NCBI GenBank assembly: GCA_963760285.1
Contig: CAVXCI010000001.1
Span: 2,067,289-2,131,288, forward strand
Length of the DNA stretch: 64,000 nt
From: an uncultured Acidobacteriota bacterium
GTDB lineage: Bacteria > Acidobacteriota > Terriglobia > Acidiferrales > UBA7541
Reading direction: 5' to 3'
Position numbers and translations under genes: made by a program. Position 1 is the stretch's first letter. Every line of letters begins with the position of its first letter. Shown here in pieces: positions 43,402 through 54,290 of this stretch. The notes under the pieces were generated by a model. That model was not told where the DNA came from, searched no databases, and saw only the letters and a list, made by a program, of their open reading frames with translations.

Positions 43402-44819
43402 AGCCGCGCCAGCGCAAATCGCCCGCCCGTCCGCGCCGCGCCGCAGCCGCGCGCTCCGTTGCCGCGCACGCGATGGCCGGTCCGTCGGATGGTTTCGCCG
43501 AACTCCGCCGCATCGCCGAACGCATCCTGCATTTCAGTCCCGCACGCGAAACGGAAGTGGAAATCACTTCCCTGACGGACGCGCTTACGCGCTTCGCCAA
43601 CAATGGAATCACGCAGAACGTAGCCGAGGAAAATCGCCAGGTTTCCATCCGCGTGGTGGTGGACGGCCGCACTGCCCGCGCCACCACCAATAAGACCGAC
43701 GACCATTCGCTCCACCAGGTGGTGCAGTCCGCGATGGCGCTGGCGCGTTTCCAGCCGAAAAATCCGGAACTGTTGCACATGCCCGGCGCGCAAAAACAGC
43801 AGCCCGTCCGCCGCTTTTTTCCGAAGACTGCGGGAGCCACGCCCGAAGATCGCGCCGGCGTGGTGCGCGGCGTGGTGAGACTGGCAGCGGAACGCAAACA
43901 AACCGCCGCGGGGGTTTATTCGACCGGCTGGTCACAAACGGTATTCGCGAATTCGCGCGGACTCTTCGCGCAACATGGCGAAACCAAGGCGGAATTCTCC
44001 GTCACCATGATGGACGCGGATTCCTCCGGCTGGGCCAAAGCCACTTCGCCGGATGCGTCGTCACTCGACCCGCTGGCAATGGCGGGGCGCGCCAGCGAAA
44101 AAGCCGCCGCATCGCGCCAGCCCCGGGAGATTGCTCCCGGACATTACACCGTGATTCTGGAACCGGCGGCGGTTCTCGATCTTGTCGGGTTCCTCTTCTA
44201 CGATTTTGCCGCCACGGCGGTGAAGGATCAGCGCTCCTGTCTCACCGGCCGTATCGGCAAGCCGCTGTTCGGCTCCAACGTCACGCTCTGGGATGACGCC
44301 TATCATCCCCGGCAATCCGGTGTTCCATTCGATGGCGAAGGAATGCCGCGCCAGCGCGTCCTGCTGGTGGATCGCGGCGTGCCGCGCAATCTTGTCTACG
44401 CCCGCGCCACCGCGCGAAAAATGAAGGCGCGTCCCACCGGTCACGGATTTTCGCTGCCCAACGAATTCGGAGAAGCGCCCATGAATCTGGTTTTCGCCGG
44501 CGGGAACATCTCCGTGGAAAACATGGTGAGCCAGACGGAGCGCGGCATCCTGGCCACGCGCATGTGGTACATCCGCGAAGTGGACCCCTACGAAAAAATT
44601 ATGACCGGCATGACCCGCGACGGAACGTTCCTGGTGGAAAACGGGCACATCGTGTGCGGCATTCGCAATTTCCGCTTCAATCAGAGCCTCATCGCCATGC
44701 TCTCCGCTGTTGAAGAACTAGGCCCTCCCGTGCGCGCTTCGGGCGAAGAGTCATTCGACATGGTGGTTCCGGCGATGAAAGTCCGCGATTTCCACTTCAC
44801 CGAAGTCACCCGCTTCTAG
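43398..44819 (+). CDS. pmbA: PmbA/TldE-family protease partner of TldD
   Basis: U62 fold lacking the HExxxH motif. The ATG at 43398 overlaps the tldD stop (ATGA). The ORF-track start at 43212 overextends into tldD. Confidence 0.75.
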   Translation: MKPRQRKSPARPRRAAAARSVAAHAMAGPSDGFAELRRIAERILHFSPARETEVEITSLTDALTRFANNGITQNVAEENRQVSIRVVVDGRTARATTNKTDDHSLHQVVQSAMALARFQPKNPELLHMPGAQKQQPVRRFFPKTAGATPEDRAGVVRGVVRLAAERKQTAAGVYSTGWSQTVFANSRGLFAQHGETKAEFSVTMMDADSSGWAKATSPDASSLDPLAMAGRASEKAAASRQPREIAPGHYTVILEPAAVLDLVGFLFYDFAATAVKDQRSCLTGRIGKPLFGSNVTLWDDAYHPRQSGVPFDGEGMPRQRVLLVDRGVPRNLVYARATARKMKARPTGHGFSLPNEFGEAPMNLVFAGGNISVENMVSQTERGILATRMWYIREVDPYEKIMTGMTRDGTFLVENGHIVCGIRNFRFNQSLIAMLSAVEELGPPVRASGEESFDMVVPAMKVRDFHFTEVTRF

Positions 44820-44888
44820 GAGTTTGTTGAAATGCCGTGGCGCGCGCCACGGCGGGATAACCCGTTAAGGCAGCTCCTCCTCTACGAT

Positions 44889-46547
44889 TTAGCGGCCAAG
44901 AAATTTCTCGAGCTTTTCGGCGTCAGCCTCCGCGAGATCGAGGTATTTCCGGGTACTGGGAATGTCCTGCGCCTGGAGCGCCGCCTGCGCCTTGGCCGCA
45001 TTTATTTGCATGCGCTGCTGCGCGGCCACCATGTCGCCGCGGAGTCCCACGCCCTGCGCGCTCTGCTGCCGCTGCAAATTCTCAAGACTGGCGTTCACCG
45101 CGGCCTCGCGGCTGGTGAGCTGATCCACTTCGTGGTCCAGTTCCGCGAGTTGCGCCGGATCGGGCTGCGGCGGCAGTGCCTGTTCAGGCGGCGCGGGCTG
45201 CGCAGGCTGGGCCCTATCGCTGGAAGGCGAAGGTTCCTTCTGATTCCTGGCCGCGATGTTACCGCGCGGCGCACTGGAAGGCGTGACGGAATTCTCAGCA
45301 GCGGGCGCGGCAGCGGGTTGAGCGGTCAAACCCGGCTGCACAGGCGCGGGCGGCACGGTTGCGGGCGGAGCTGTGGCCGCAGCGGGATTCGCGGCGTTCG
45401 GCGCCATCGTATTCGCGGGAGATGATGTGGCTCCCGCTCGAGCATTGCGCCAGCGGGGCACAAGGAAGCTCGCGGCCACAAGAATGGCCACGACGATCAG
45501 AGCGCCCAGAGTGATGTAAAGGCCGCGATGACCGCCGGTGTTTGGCGGCGGAACATGACTCTGCGATCCCGCAGGCATCTGTGTGGAGGGAATCGCGGGA
45601 GCGAATGCCGGAGACGGCGAAGGCGTTCGATTTAAGGAAATGGGCGCGGCTCCACGGCCCTCGGCTGACGGCTGTGGTTGCGCCGACGGAGCATTCGATA
45701 CCGCGGGTCTCGCTGCTCCCCCATCCGCCGCGGCGGCTTTAAGCGCGTTCCGGAATGCGTCCGCCGACTGGAACCGGCGCGCCGGATCTTTTTCCATGGC
45801 CATCAGGATGATTTGGTTTACGGCCACGGGCAAGCCAGGTTGCACCTGAATCGGCGGCTTGGGCGGCTCCTGCAGATGCGCCTGCATGATCAGGAAGTCG
45901 CTGTCGGCCTGGAAAGGCCGCTTGCCTGTCACCATCTCATACAAAGAGACGCCCACGGAGTAGAGATCGGAGCGCGCGTCAATGGTTCCGCATTTCACCT
46001 GCTCCGGTGACATATACGGCAGAGATCCCAGAGTTGTGCCGGTCATCGTCAGGCCCATGTCCGGGCCCACGCGCGCAATGCCGAAATCCATCAGCTTTAT
46101 GACGCCATCCTCGGTCAGCATCATGTTCGAGGGCTTGATGTCGCGGTGGATCACCTGCCGCTGGTGCGCGTAGCTCAGCGCGTCCAGAACACGGTCAATA
46201 TAGCCGAGCGCCTCTCCGCAGGGGATGGCGCCTCGCTCGATCAGCGCCGCCAGAGTGGTTCCCGGCACGTATTCCATAATCATGACGAGCTGGTTATCAA
46301 TGGTCAGCGCAGTCCGCAATTCGGCGATGTTGGGATGATGGAGGGCCGCCAGCACCTTGATTTCCTGCAGAAAACGGCCGGCCAGTTCTTTCTGGCCAGC
46401 CAGGTTGGGGAGAAGCACCTTCATGGCCTCGACGCGGTCCGAAAGCACGTTGCGTACCTTGTAGACTTTGCCCATGCCTCCGGCGCCCAACACGGCGAGG
46501 ATTTCGTAATCGCCCATGCGCGCGCCGATCGCTGATTCTTCGCTCAT
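44889..46547 (-). CDS. Ser/Thr protein kinase with a TM helix and a long Pro/Ala-rich region plus a coiled-coil C-terminal region
   Basis: Hanks kinase motifs (LGAGGMGKVYKV, HRDIKPSNMML, DFG, SPEQ), a TM helix (LYITLGALIVVAILVAASFLV), then a P/A/Q-rich stretch and a coiled-coil (QLAELDHEVDQLTSREAAVNASLENLQRQQ). Confidence 0.85.
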   Translation of the reverse strand: MSEESAIGARMGDYEILAVLGAGGMGKVYKVRNVLSDRVEAMKVLLPNLAGQKELAGRFLQEIKVLAALHHPNIAELRTALTIDNQLVMIMEYVPGTTLAALIERGAIPCGEALGYIDRVLDALSYAHQRQVIHRDIKPSNMMLTEDGVIKLMDFGIARVGPDMGLTMTGTTLGSLPYMSPEQVKCGTIDARSDLYSVGVSLYEMVTGKRPFQADSDFLIMQAHLQEPPKPPIQVQPGLPVAVNQIILMAMEKDPARRFQSADAFRNALKAAAADGGAARPAVSNAPSAQPQPSAEGRGAAPISLNRTPSPSPAFAPAIPSTQMPAGSQSHVPPPNTGGHRGLYITLGALIVVAILVAASFLVPRWRNARAGATSSPANTMAPNAANPAAATAPPATVPPAPVQPGLTAQPAAAPAAENSVTPSSAPRGNIAARNQKEPSPSSDRAQPAQPAPPEQALPPQPDPAQLAELDHEVDQLTSREAAVNASLENLQRQQSAQGVGLRGDMVAAQQRMQINAAKAQAALQAQDIPSTRKYLDLAEADAEKLEKFLGR

Positions 46548-46955
46548 TTCAACCTCCCGCGGCGTGATTTCCCGCTACGCCAGATTACGATTCTAGGCCG
46601 TGGCAAACCTGAATGCTTTGGCCTGCACAGGTCATCTGCATCGAATAGCCTCGCCCGAAAAGACTCTGTAATGCCAAGGATTCTGCACCCGCCGGAACAG
46701 GAATGCAACGAATCGCGCCATCGAAAGCACGGCAAAATTCTGCGTGACGCGAGTGTGAAAGATGGGCGCAAACGAAAAGCGCGGGAACTTATCGAAAAAG
46801 CGGAAGGCGGTGAATCCAAAGGAAGCCGCGGTCCACATGCCCAAAGACGAACTTGAGCGGCGGATGGGCACGTCCGCTCATCTGATTTACCGCGCGATAT
46901 TTGACGATCCGCCGCACAAGTTCTCACCGGCCGTCGAGTGCATATGCACTTTGTC

Positions 46956-47699
46956 TCAGGAGGATTTTCTTGCGCAGCACCAGGCCATCGGAGTGTCTTC
47001 GCCGGAGAGCTCCAGGACGGACGCGGCGCTTGCGCGAATCGTGGCGGCGACGTTTTCGCTTCTGACTCCCGCGCCATGCCAGCTCTTTCCCGCCATCTCC
47101 GGGTCCAGGCCCAGGAGTTTTGCCGCGGATCGGCTTGCGCCCGGCAGGTTCGCCGACCAAAGCGCGTCCACCACGCCCCAGATCGCCCGCCCCTTCCAAT
47201 TCATGTACTTTTCCGCCGTTCCGTTAAATTGAAACAGGCAAACGCCTCCGTCCGTCAGGACGCGAAGGATCTCCCGAATGTAAGAGTGGACCAGGACTTC
47301 GGCCGGCAAATGCTGAAGCACAAGATAACTGAAGACGAAATCCACGGAAGCCGTGGGCACGGGGCTGAGATCGGTCCCATTGCCCTGCACCCAGGTGATG
47401 TTTTCGATTCCACGGTGCAAGGTGCGCGCCCGGTCCAGCATTTCGGAGGAGACATCAAATCCCTGGACGCCGGTAAATTCCCGCGCGAATACCCGCGTCA
47501 TCCGGCCGGTGCCGCAGCCAAGTTCCAGCATGGTCTTTCCGCGCGGTGAAAAGCCCTGCCGCTCCAGCGCGGGCTTCACGAATTTTTCGTAATCGTCCTC
47601 GCCGGACCGCAAAAATGAGGCCTCGTCCCAATCCTTGCGCCAGGAGGCGATGTAGTAGAAGGCGTCCTTGCGGGCGCGTTTATCCCAATCGCGGCGCAT
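46956..47699 (-). CDS. Class I SAM-dependent methyltransferase
   Basis: Motif I MLELGCGTGRMT and motif II/III (VDFVFSYLVLQHLP, LTDGGVCLFQF). Start chosen at MRRDWDKRARKDAFYY (complement of 47697-47699). The longer ORF to 48032 overlaps the neighbouring gene. Confidence 0.7.
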   Translation of the reverse strand: MRRDWDKRARKDAFYYIASWRKDWDEASFLRSGEDDYEKFVKPALERQGFSPRGKTMLELGCGTGRMTRVFAREFTGVQGFDVSSEMLDRARTLHRGIENITWVQGNGTDLSPVPTASVDFVFSYLVLQHLPAEVLVHSYIREILRVLTDGGVCLFQFNGTAEKYMNWKGRAIWGVVDALWSANLPGASRSAAKLLGLDPEMAGKSWHGAGVRSENVAATIRASAASVLELSGEDTPMAWCCARKSS

Positions 47700-47863
47700 G
47701 GATTCGGCGGCCTTCACGTGGTCTCTCCCATGCGAGGTTTGGCTTTGCTCGCAACGCGCTCGAGGCCCCGGCGCGCCCGTGCTCCGATGAATTGAGGGGA
47801 ACGGCTGCCGGCCATTAAGTTTGCCTGCAAGGAAATCCACCCGGCCAGATTCACCCGCCGGCG

Positions 47864-48307
47864 CTATACAAGAAACGCCAGCGAAAGGCAGAGCGCAACC
47901 AGAAGAACGGCGGCCAGCGCCACAATAATCCGCGCGCGTTTTTTGCGCACCGCGAACACCACGATGCTCATCGCCGCCAGGACAAAGATAAGCTGGAGCC
48001 AAAAAAGACTGCCTGCGGAGTGCGCAGCCCATTCGCCGGCGGTTTTCTGTTCAAAGAGAGAAATGCCCGTGGCCAGCGCGGCGGCGAAAAGGCCGCCAAT
48101 GGCCAGTCCTCCGGCCCATGCGGAAGCTGCTGAAGAGCGGTGCGCCGCGCGCCAGTCGTACCACGTCTGCGCGAGCACCATACCCACGAAAAGCACAACC
48201 AAAAGAGCCACGGTACCCTCCCAAGCGGGCCGTTGCCGTCTGCCGGAAATTCCGAGCGAACGTCTCGTTCTTGGAGCCAATATACCACGCGGCGGGATGG
48301 CGGTCAT
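47864..48307 (-). CDS. Small integral membrane protein, about 4 TM helices, 147 aa
   Basis: Hydrophobic helices VALLVVLFVGMVLA, LAIGGLFAAALATGISLF, LFWLQLIFVLAAMSIVVFAV and IIVALAAVLLVALCLSLAFLV. The call rests on composition only. Confidence 0.4.
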   Translation of the reverse strand: MTAIPPRGILAPRTRRSLGISGRRQRPAWEGTVALLVVLFVGMVLAQTWYDWRAAHRSSAASAWAGGLAIGGLFAAALATGISLFEQKTAGEWAAHSAGSLFWLQLIFVLAAMSIVVFAVRKKRARIIVALAAVLLVALCLSLAFLV

Positions 48308-48338
48308 CCGCGTATCGCGAGGATATAATCGCGTGCAT

Positions 48339-49097
48339 ATGGAGCGCGCGCCAATGACCAGCAAGTATCCGTGGCGCATCGCGCATCGCGGCGCTTCCAG
48401 CCAGGCTCCGGAAAACACTCTCGCGGCGTTTCGCCTGGCGGTGGAGCAGGGCGCGCGATTCATCGAAACGGATTTGCAGGCCACGCGCGGCGACCATCTT
48501 GTGGTTCTCCATGACTCCACGCTGGGCCGCACCACCAATGGCATCGGCGCCGTGGAGGAGTCCACGCTAGCGGAAATTCGCGCGCTGGACGCCGGAAGCT
48601 GGTTTGCCCCGCGTTTTGCCGGTGAACGCATTCCGCTGCTGGAGGAAGCGCTGGCGTTCGCGCGCCAATACGGAGTGGGCCTTTACCTCGAAGTGAAATT
48701 CGCGGCTTCGCGGCCGCTGCTCGGCCAGCTGGCTGTTGCCATCGCAAAATCCGCCGTGGCGGAACGCTGCACAGTTTTGTCTTTCGGGGACGCCGTGCTC
48801 GCCTCGCTCCACTCCATCGCGCCGGATGTGGCCACGGGTCTGCTGCTGGAAGAATGGGACGACCGCGTGTTCACACATGCGGCGCGCATCGGCGCAAGAC
48901 AATTGGCTCCGCGCGCGGACTTGATTACTCCGGAACGCGTGCGCTCCGCCGCAGCCGCTGGTTTGCCGCTGGTCGCCTGGACGGTGAATGATGTTGACGA
49001 AATGCGCGCCCTGGCGGCATCGGGCGTGCGGGGAATTATGAGCGATTATCCCGGTCGCCTGCACGCCGCTTTCTCTGCGGACGCCGGTCGGGAATGA
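48339..49097 (+). CDS. Glycerophosphodiester phosphodiesterase family protein
   Basis: IAHRGAS...ENTLAAF...ETDLQATRGDHLVVLHDSTLGRTTNG are GDPD signature residues (HRG, E/D, H). Confidence 0.8.
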   Translation: MERAPMTSKYPWRIAHRGASSQAPENTLAAFRLAVEQGARFIETDLQATRGDHLVVLHDSTLGRTTNGIGAVEESTLAEIRALDAGSWFAPRFAGERIPLLEEALAFARQYGVGLYLEVKFAASRPLLGQLAVAIAKSAVAERCTVLSFGDAVLASLHSIAPDVATGLLLEEWDDRVFTHAARIGARQLAPRADLITPERVRSAAAAGLPLVAWTVNDVDEMRALAASGVRGIMSDYPGRLHAAFSADAGRE

Positions 49098-49893
49098 AGA
49101 AAATCGGGCCGCGTGATTGCAACTCCCGGAACAGCCGCACCATTTCCGCCAGGCCGAGCTCCTCGGCGCGCGCCGCCGGCGGAATCTTCGCCGCGGCAAA
49201 GGCGGCATCTACGTGGCCCGTGTCCGCGTGGGCGCGAAGATTGTTGCGCAGCATTTTGCGTTTCTGCCCGAAACATACTTTCACGAAATTCAGGAACCCC
49301 GGCGCGGCGTCCGCTGAAACGCCCAGCCGCGCGCCTTCGCCCGGCAGAGTCAGACGCAGCAGTGCAGAAGCCACTTGCGGCGCGGGTTGAAACGCTCCCG
49401 AGGGAATGCGCAGCAGGATTTCCGGCCGCGCGTAAAACTGGCAAAAGGCGGAGAGATATCCGTATTCGCGCCGCCCGGGCCGCGCTGCGATGCGCTCCGC
49501 CACTTCCCACTGAATCACGATGTGGATGTCGCGAATGCTGGCGGCAAAGTGGGTGAGCAGATGATGCAGAATCGGCGAGGTGATGTAGTAGGGCAGATTT
49601 CCGTAGACGCGAAACGCGCCGCGGGCCAGCGCCGCCAGGTCCTCGTGCAGCACGTCGCCGTGCACCACCTCCACGTGCGGAATTTTCTCCGCCCAGAGAA
49701 TGTCCGCCAGCCGCGGATCGGTTTCGATGGCCACCACGTGGACGCCGTCCGCCGCCAGCTCGCGCGTCATTTCTCCCCGGCCCGCGCCAATTTCCACCCA
49801 CGGCACGCGAGCCGGGGGCTGGAGCGCCTTGCGAATGCGCGCGCGCCACGCCGCGCTTACCAGAAAATGTTGTCCCAACGGTTGCCGCGCCAT
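49036..49893 (-). CDS. rsmA: 16S rRNA (adenine1518/1519-N6)-dimethyltransferase RsmA/KsgA
   Basis: PLGQHFLVS, VEIGAGRGEMT and GNLPYYITSPIL motifs. The C-terminal ~30 aa extension up to the first stop may be non-conserved. Confidence 0.8.
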   Translation of the reverse strand: MARQPLGQHFLVSAAWRARIRKALQPPARVPWVEIGAGRGEMTRELAADGVHVVAIETDPRLADILWAEKIPHVEVVHGDVLHEDLAALARGAFRVYGNLPYYITSPILHHLLTHFAASIRDIHIVIQWEVAERIAARPGRREYGYLSAFCQFYARPEILLRIPSGAFQPAPQVASALLRLTLPGEGARLGVSADAAPGFLNFVKVCFGQKRKMLRNNLRAHADTGHVDAAFAAAKIPPAARAEELGLAEMVRLFRELQSRGPIFFIPDRRPQRKRRAGDRDNRS

Positions 49894-50060
49894 GCAGGAA
49901 GAGTGTAGCAATACCCGCGCCGAATTTTCTGCCCGCGATGTGGCGGAGCATTTTTCGCCGCGTTTCCGCCGTTACCTGGCCGTGAGAACACAAGCGGCCC
50001 GCGCTACGGGTATCGGGAGGCATCTTGTGGTTTTCGTGATCAGGAACCGCTAATGTGAGG

Positions 50061-50735
50061 TCACAACCCATCCTGGCAAAGACTGTTGATGTCCTGGTTC
50101 TCAAGCACATGTTTGGGAGCGCCTTGTCTTGCGACTTTGAGCATCGCGCGACCCACGCATTCCGTCGTTGTCACGTACCTGGGAAAAAGCAACTTCCACA
50201 ACGGATAGAGCGGCCCCATCACCGCGTAAAACGCCCTGTACCACTTCGTCTTGGTCCGAATCCCGCGGCTTGGCTGGATGTAGCCGGGACGGAACATATA
50301 TGTAGCCTTGAATGGCATCTGCAACAGCGCGTTTTCTGTTTTGCCCTTCACCCGCGCCCACATCATGCGCCCGCGTTCCGTGCCATCGGTGCCCGCGCCA
50401 GACACATAAATGAACGTCATCGCAGGGTTGAGCCTGGCCAGCCTACCCGCCGCCGATACCGTAAGGTCGTATGTCACGCGCCGATACGCCTGCTCGTTCA
50501 TCCCTGCCGAGGAGACGCCGAGACAGAAAAAGCATGCGTCGTAGCCCGAGAGCTTGCCCTCAACCGCCGAAAGATCCGAAAGGTCCTCTTGTATGAACTC
50601 ATGCAGCTTCTCGTGCTGCTGTCCGGGAGAGCTGCGCCCAATCGCGAGGACGCTTTCCACCCCGGGATCGAGCAGACATTCTTGCAAGACACCCTGTCCG
50701 ACCATACCCGTCGCGCCAAAGAGAATTACTTTCAC
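50061..50735 (-). CDS. NAD(P)H-binding SDR-family protein (NmrA/YwnB-like)
   Basis: VKVILFGATGMVGQGVL Rossmann N-terminus. GTG start 7 nt after a GAGGTGA SD (complement of 50733-50735). Confidence 0.65.
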   Translation of the reverse strand: MKVILFGATGMVGQGVLQECLLDPGVESVLAIGRSSPGQQHEKLHEFIQEDLSDLSAVEGKLSGYDACFFCLGVSSAGMNEQAYRRVTYDLTVSAAGRLARLNPAMTFIYVSGAGTDGTERGRMMWARVKGKTENALLQMPFKATYMFRPGYIQPSRGIRTKTKWYRAFYAVMGPLYPLWKLLFPRYVTTTECVGRAMLKVARQGAPKHVLENQDINSLCQDGL

Positions 50736-50905
50736 GTTCGGATCACCTCTCAACTGGAACTGGCCCCACGCGGTGTTTCGATTCGAGCCGACTACATGAT
50801 AGCCCCCGGATCATCGCCAATCCGAAAACTGCGCCACCGCCCCGGCCGCGCCCGCCTTGACGAACCCGACGATACCGGATAATTTTGTAAGTTTGCCGAG
50901 GACTG

Positions 50906-52387
50906 ATGAAAATACTCTTTGTCGCACCGGAAGGCGTTCCATTCTCGAAGACTGGCGGATTGGCCGACGTGGTCGGCGCGCTGCCGCAGGCGCTGATTGA
51001 CCAGGGCCACGAAGCGGCCGTCCTGCTGCCGCGCTACCACGGAAATCCCACGGGAAAACAGGCGGCGCGCAGCCTGACCGTTCCGCTGGGCCGCGGACTG
51101 AGCCGCTTTCCCGCCATCGTGGATGCCGGGAAGCAGCAGGACGTGCCGTACTATCTGGTGGACGATCCCGCTTATTTTGACCGTCCCGGCCTCTATGGCG
51201 ACAAGTCCGGCGACTATCCGGACAACGCCGAGCGTTTTGCCGCCTTCAGCCGCGCGGCCATCGAATTTGCCAAGCACGTCTGGACTCCTGACGTGATTCA
51301 TTGCCACGATTGGCAGTCCGCGCTGGTGCCTGTCCTGCTGCGCACGGTTTACGCCGAGGATCCCGTGGTCAGCCAGATTCCCGTGGTGTTCACCATCCAC
51401 AACCTTGCGTATCAGGGTATTTTCGGCCGCGACGCGCTGGACCGCGCCGGCTTACCGGATTATCTCTTCGCGCTGCATGGGCTGGAATTCTGGGGCAATA
51501 TCAGCTACCTGAAAGGCGGGCTGATTTTTTCGGATTATCTCACCACCGTCAGCCGGAAATATGCGGAGGAGATTCAGACCCGGGAATTTGGCTACGGACT
51601 GGACGCGGTGATTCGCATGCGCGTGGATCATCTGGAAGGCATTCTCAACGGCGCGGATTACGCCGTCTGGGATCCCAAAGTGGACACCAGGATCGCATCG
51701 AAATATACGGCGCGATCCCTCTCCGGAAAGCAGAAGTGCAAGAAAGACCTGCTTCAAGTGATGGGCCTCTCCGAAGACAACATGAAGCGGCCCGTGGTGG
51801 GCATTGTTTCGCGATTCACGGATCAAAAGGGATTCGATCTGCTGGCCGAAGTCGCCGATGCCATGCTGAAGGAAGACCTGGCGCTGGTGGCGCTGGGCGC
51901 CGGCGATCCTAAATACCAGGATTTGTTCGCCGCGCTGGCCGCCCATGCTCCTGACCGCGTCGCGGTGAAAATCGCGTATGATGACACCCTGGCCCACAAA
52001 ATCGAAGCCGGCGCGGACATGTTCCTGATGCCGTCAAAATTTGAGCCGTGCGGATTGAATCAGATTTACAGCCTGCGCTATGGAACCGTCCCCGTGGTGC
52101 GCGCCACCGGCGGCCTGGACGACACCGTGGCGGAGTACAATCCGAAGACGGGCGAGGGAACCGGGTTCAAGTTCAGCGAATATTCAGGGCCGGCGCTTCT
52201 GGAATGCCTGAGCCAGGCGCTGGCCGTGTGCAAAGACCAAAAGGCGTGGAAGAAGATTCAGACACGCGGGATGGCCCAGGATTTTTCATGGAAAGCTTCC
52301 GCGGCGGCCTATGCGAAACTATACGAGCGGGCCCGCAAGGACCGAATCACACCGGCGCCCGCCGCATCTAAAGTAGCTGGTAAATAA
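50906..52387 (+). CDS. glgA: Glycogen synthase (ADP-glucose type, GT5)
   Basis: MKILFVAPEGVPFSKTGGLADVVGALP and the C-terminal SRFEPCGL motif. Confidence 0.9.
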   Translation: MKILFVAPEGVPFSKTGGLADVVGALPQALIDQGHEAAVLLPRYHGNPTGKQAARSLTVPLGRGLSRFPAIVDAGKQQDVPYYLVDDPAYFDRPGLYGDKSGDYPDNAERFAAFSRAAIEFAKHVWTPDVIHCHDWQSALVPVLLRTVYAEDPVVSQIPVVFTIHNLAYQGIFGRDALDRAGLPDYLFALHGLEFWGNISYLKGGLIFSDYLTTVSRKYAEEIQTREFGYGLDAVIRMRVDHLEGILNGADYAVWDPKVDTRIASKYTARSLSGKQKCKKDLLQVMGLSEDNMKRPVVGIVSRFTDQKGFDLLAEVADAMLKEDLALVALGAGDPKYQDLFAALAAHAPDRVAVKIAYDDTLAHKIEAGADMFLMPSKFEPCGLNQIYSLRYGTVPVVRATGGLDDTVAEYNPKTGEGTGFKFSEYSGPALLECLSQALAVCKDQKAWKKIQTRGMAQDFSWKASAAAYAKLYERARKDRITPAPAASKVAGK

Positions 52388-52435
52388 TCGCAACGGGCCG
52401 GGGTCCAGTTGCGTGAAGATTGAGGGCAACGAAAA

Positions 52436-52768
52436 ATGTCCAATTTAGCAGCGGTTACCGACGCGAATTTTCAGGCCGAAGTGATTGACGCCAGCCAGAC
52501 CCAGCCGGTGATGGTGGACTTCTGGGCGGAGTGGTGCCGGCCCTGCCACATGCTGTCGCCCACGGTGGAGGAACTCGCCACGGAGCACGCCGGCAAGCTG
52601 AAAGTGGTGAAGATGAACGTGGACGAAAACATCAATTCGCCGGGCAAGTTCAATATCCGCGGGATTCCCACGCTCCTGATTTTCAAGGGCGGTCAGGTGG
52701 CGGAGCAGATTGTGGGAGCGGTGCCCAAGGATCAGATCGAAAAAATCCTGCAGCGGCACCTGAGCTGA
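52436..52768 (+). CDS. trxA: Thioredoxin
   Basis: WCRPCH active site (a WCxPC variant) in a 110-aa thioredoxin fold. Confidence 0.85.
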   Translation: MSNLAAVTDANFQAEVIDASQTQPVMVDFWAEWCRPCHMLSPTVEELATEHAGKLKVVKMNVDENINSPGKFNIRGIPTLLIFKGGQVAEQIVGAVPKDQIEKILQRHLS

Positions 52769-52986
52769 TTCCACTTGCCAGGCGGAGGCGCGCCCGTCCC
52801 TATATTGGTGACTGGCCGGCGGCGGTGCATGGCGCAAAATTCGCGCCAGGCTTGTCATCCACCGCCGCGAGGCTTAGACTCAGACCCGGCATTCACTGCC
52901 TGGACCATTCCGAAATGACTCACAATTACTAAGTGCGCGTGGAAAAGTGTGAAATCGAAATTGGAAATTAAAATGGATGACGCCGA

Positions 52987-54285
52987 ATGAGAGCCATTGC
53001 TGTGGTCGGCGCCCAGTGGGGCGACGAGGGCAAAGGCAAGGTGGTTGACTACCTCGCCGGTTCTTTCGATCTGATTGCGCGATACGCCGGCGGCCACAAT
53101 GCCGGCCATACAGTGATCGCCAATGGGCACCGCTTTGTTCTTCAATTGATTCCTTGCGGAATCCTGCGTCCCGGAAAGAAAGCCCTGATCGGCCCCGGAG
53201 CGGTGATTGATCCCGCCGCGCTGGTGGCGGAAATCGAAAATCTGGAAAAAGCCGGCGTCGAAGTGACCGGCCGCCTGTTCCTCAGCAATCGCGCCCACGT
53301 GATTTTTCCTTATCATCGCCAGATGGAAGAGGCTTCCGAAGCCGCGCTGGGCGAGGCCAAGATCGGCACCACGCATCGCGGCATCGGTCCGGCCTATGAA
53401 GACAAGGCCGCGCGCCGCGGATTGCGCATTTGCGATCTGGTGGACCCAGAAAAATTCCGCGCGCATCTGAAAGCGGCGCTGAAGGAAAAAAGCCACATCG
53501 CCTCCACGGCGTTCGGCGTGAAATTGGACGAAGCGGGAATCGAGGAAACTTATCTGCGTCTGGCCGACCGCATTCGCGGTTACGTCACCGACGTGGCCGC
53601 GCTGCTGGATCGCGCGCTGGAAGCGGGCCGGAACGTCCTGTTCGAAGGCGCGCAGGGCACCATGCTGGACCTGGACCACGGGACCTATCCGTTCGTGACC
53701 TCGTCCAGCGCCACGTCCGGCGGCGCCGCCACAGGACTGGGCATTCCTCCCACGCGGGTGACCGGAGTTGTCGGCGTGACCAAGGCTTACACCACGCGCG
53801 TGGGCAGCGGACCGTTCCCCACGGAAATGCCCGACCTCGAAGCCAAAGGACTGCGCGACCGCGGCAAGGAATATGGAGCGGTCACCGGCCGACCGCGGCG
53901 GTGCGGCTGGCTGGACCTGGAAATGCTCCGCTACGCAAAAATGGTCAACGGAATTGGTTCCCTGGTGGTCACCAAGCTGGACGTTTTCGACGCCCAGGAA
54001 AACATTCAGGCCTGCGTGGGCTATCGCTACAAAGGCTCCAAGCTCACGGAAATGCCGCCGGATATTGAAACGCTCGCGCAGGTGACTCCCGAATACCGCA
54101 AGCTGCACGGCTGGCGGCGCAGCACCGAAGGCGTTTCCGACGCCGGCGATCTTCCCGAAGCCGCGCGCGATTATCTGAAATTTATTTCCGACGCGCTGGA
54201 AGTGGAAATCGGGATGATTTCCACCGGACCGGAACGCGAAGCCACCATCCTGCCGCCGGGGACCACTCTCGCCAGCTGGCTCTGA
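52987..54285 (+). CDS. purA: Adenylosuccinate synthetase
   Basis: GAQWGDEGKGKVVD P-loop, GIGPAYEDK and GTTHRG motifs. Confidence 0.9.
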   Translation: MRAIAVVGAQWGDEGKGKVVDYLAGSFDLIARYAGGHNAGHTVIANGHRFVLQLIPCGILRPGKKALIGPGAVIDPAALVAEIENLEKAGVEVTGRLFLSNRAHVIFPYHRQMEEASEAALGEAKIGTTHRGIGPAYEDKAARRGLRICDLVDPEKFRAHLKAALKEKSHIASTAFGVKLDEAGIEETYLRLADRIRGYVTDVAALLDRALEAGRNVLFEGAQGTMLDLDHGTYPFVTSSSATSGGAATGLGIPPTRVTGVVGVTKAYTTRVGSGPFPTEMPDLEAKGLRDRGKEYGAVTGRPRRCGWLDLEMLRYAKMVNGIGSLVVTKLDVFDAQENIQACVGYRYKGSKLTEMPPDIETLAQVTPEYRKLHGWRRSTEGVSDAGDLPEAARDYLKFISDALEVEIGMISTGPEREATILPPGTTLASWL

Positions 54286-54290
54286 CGAAC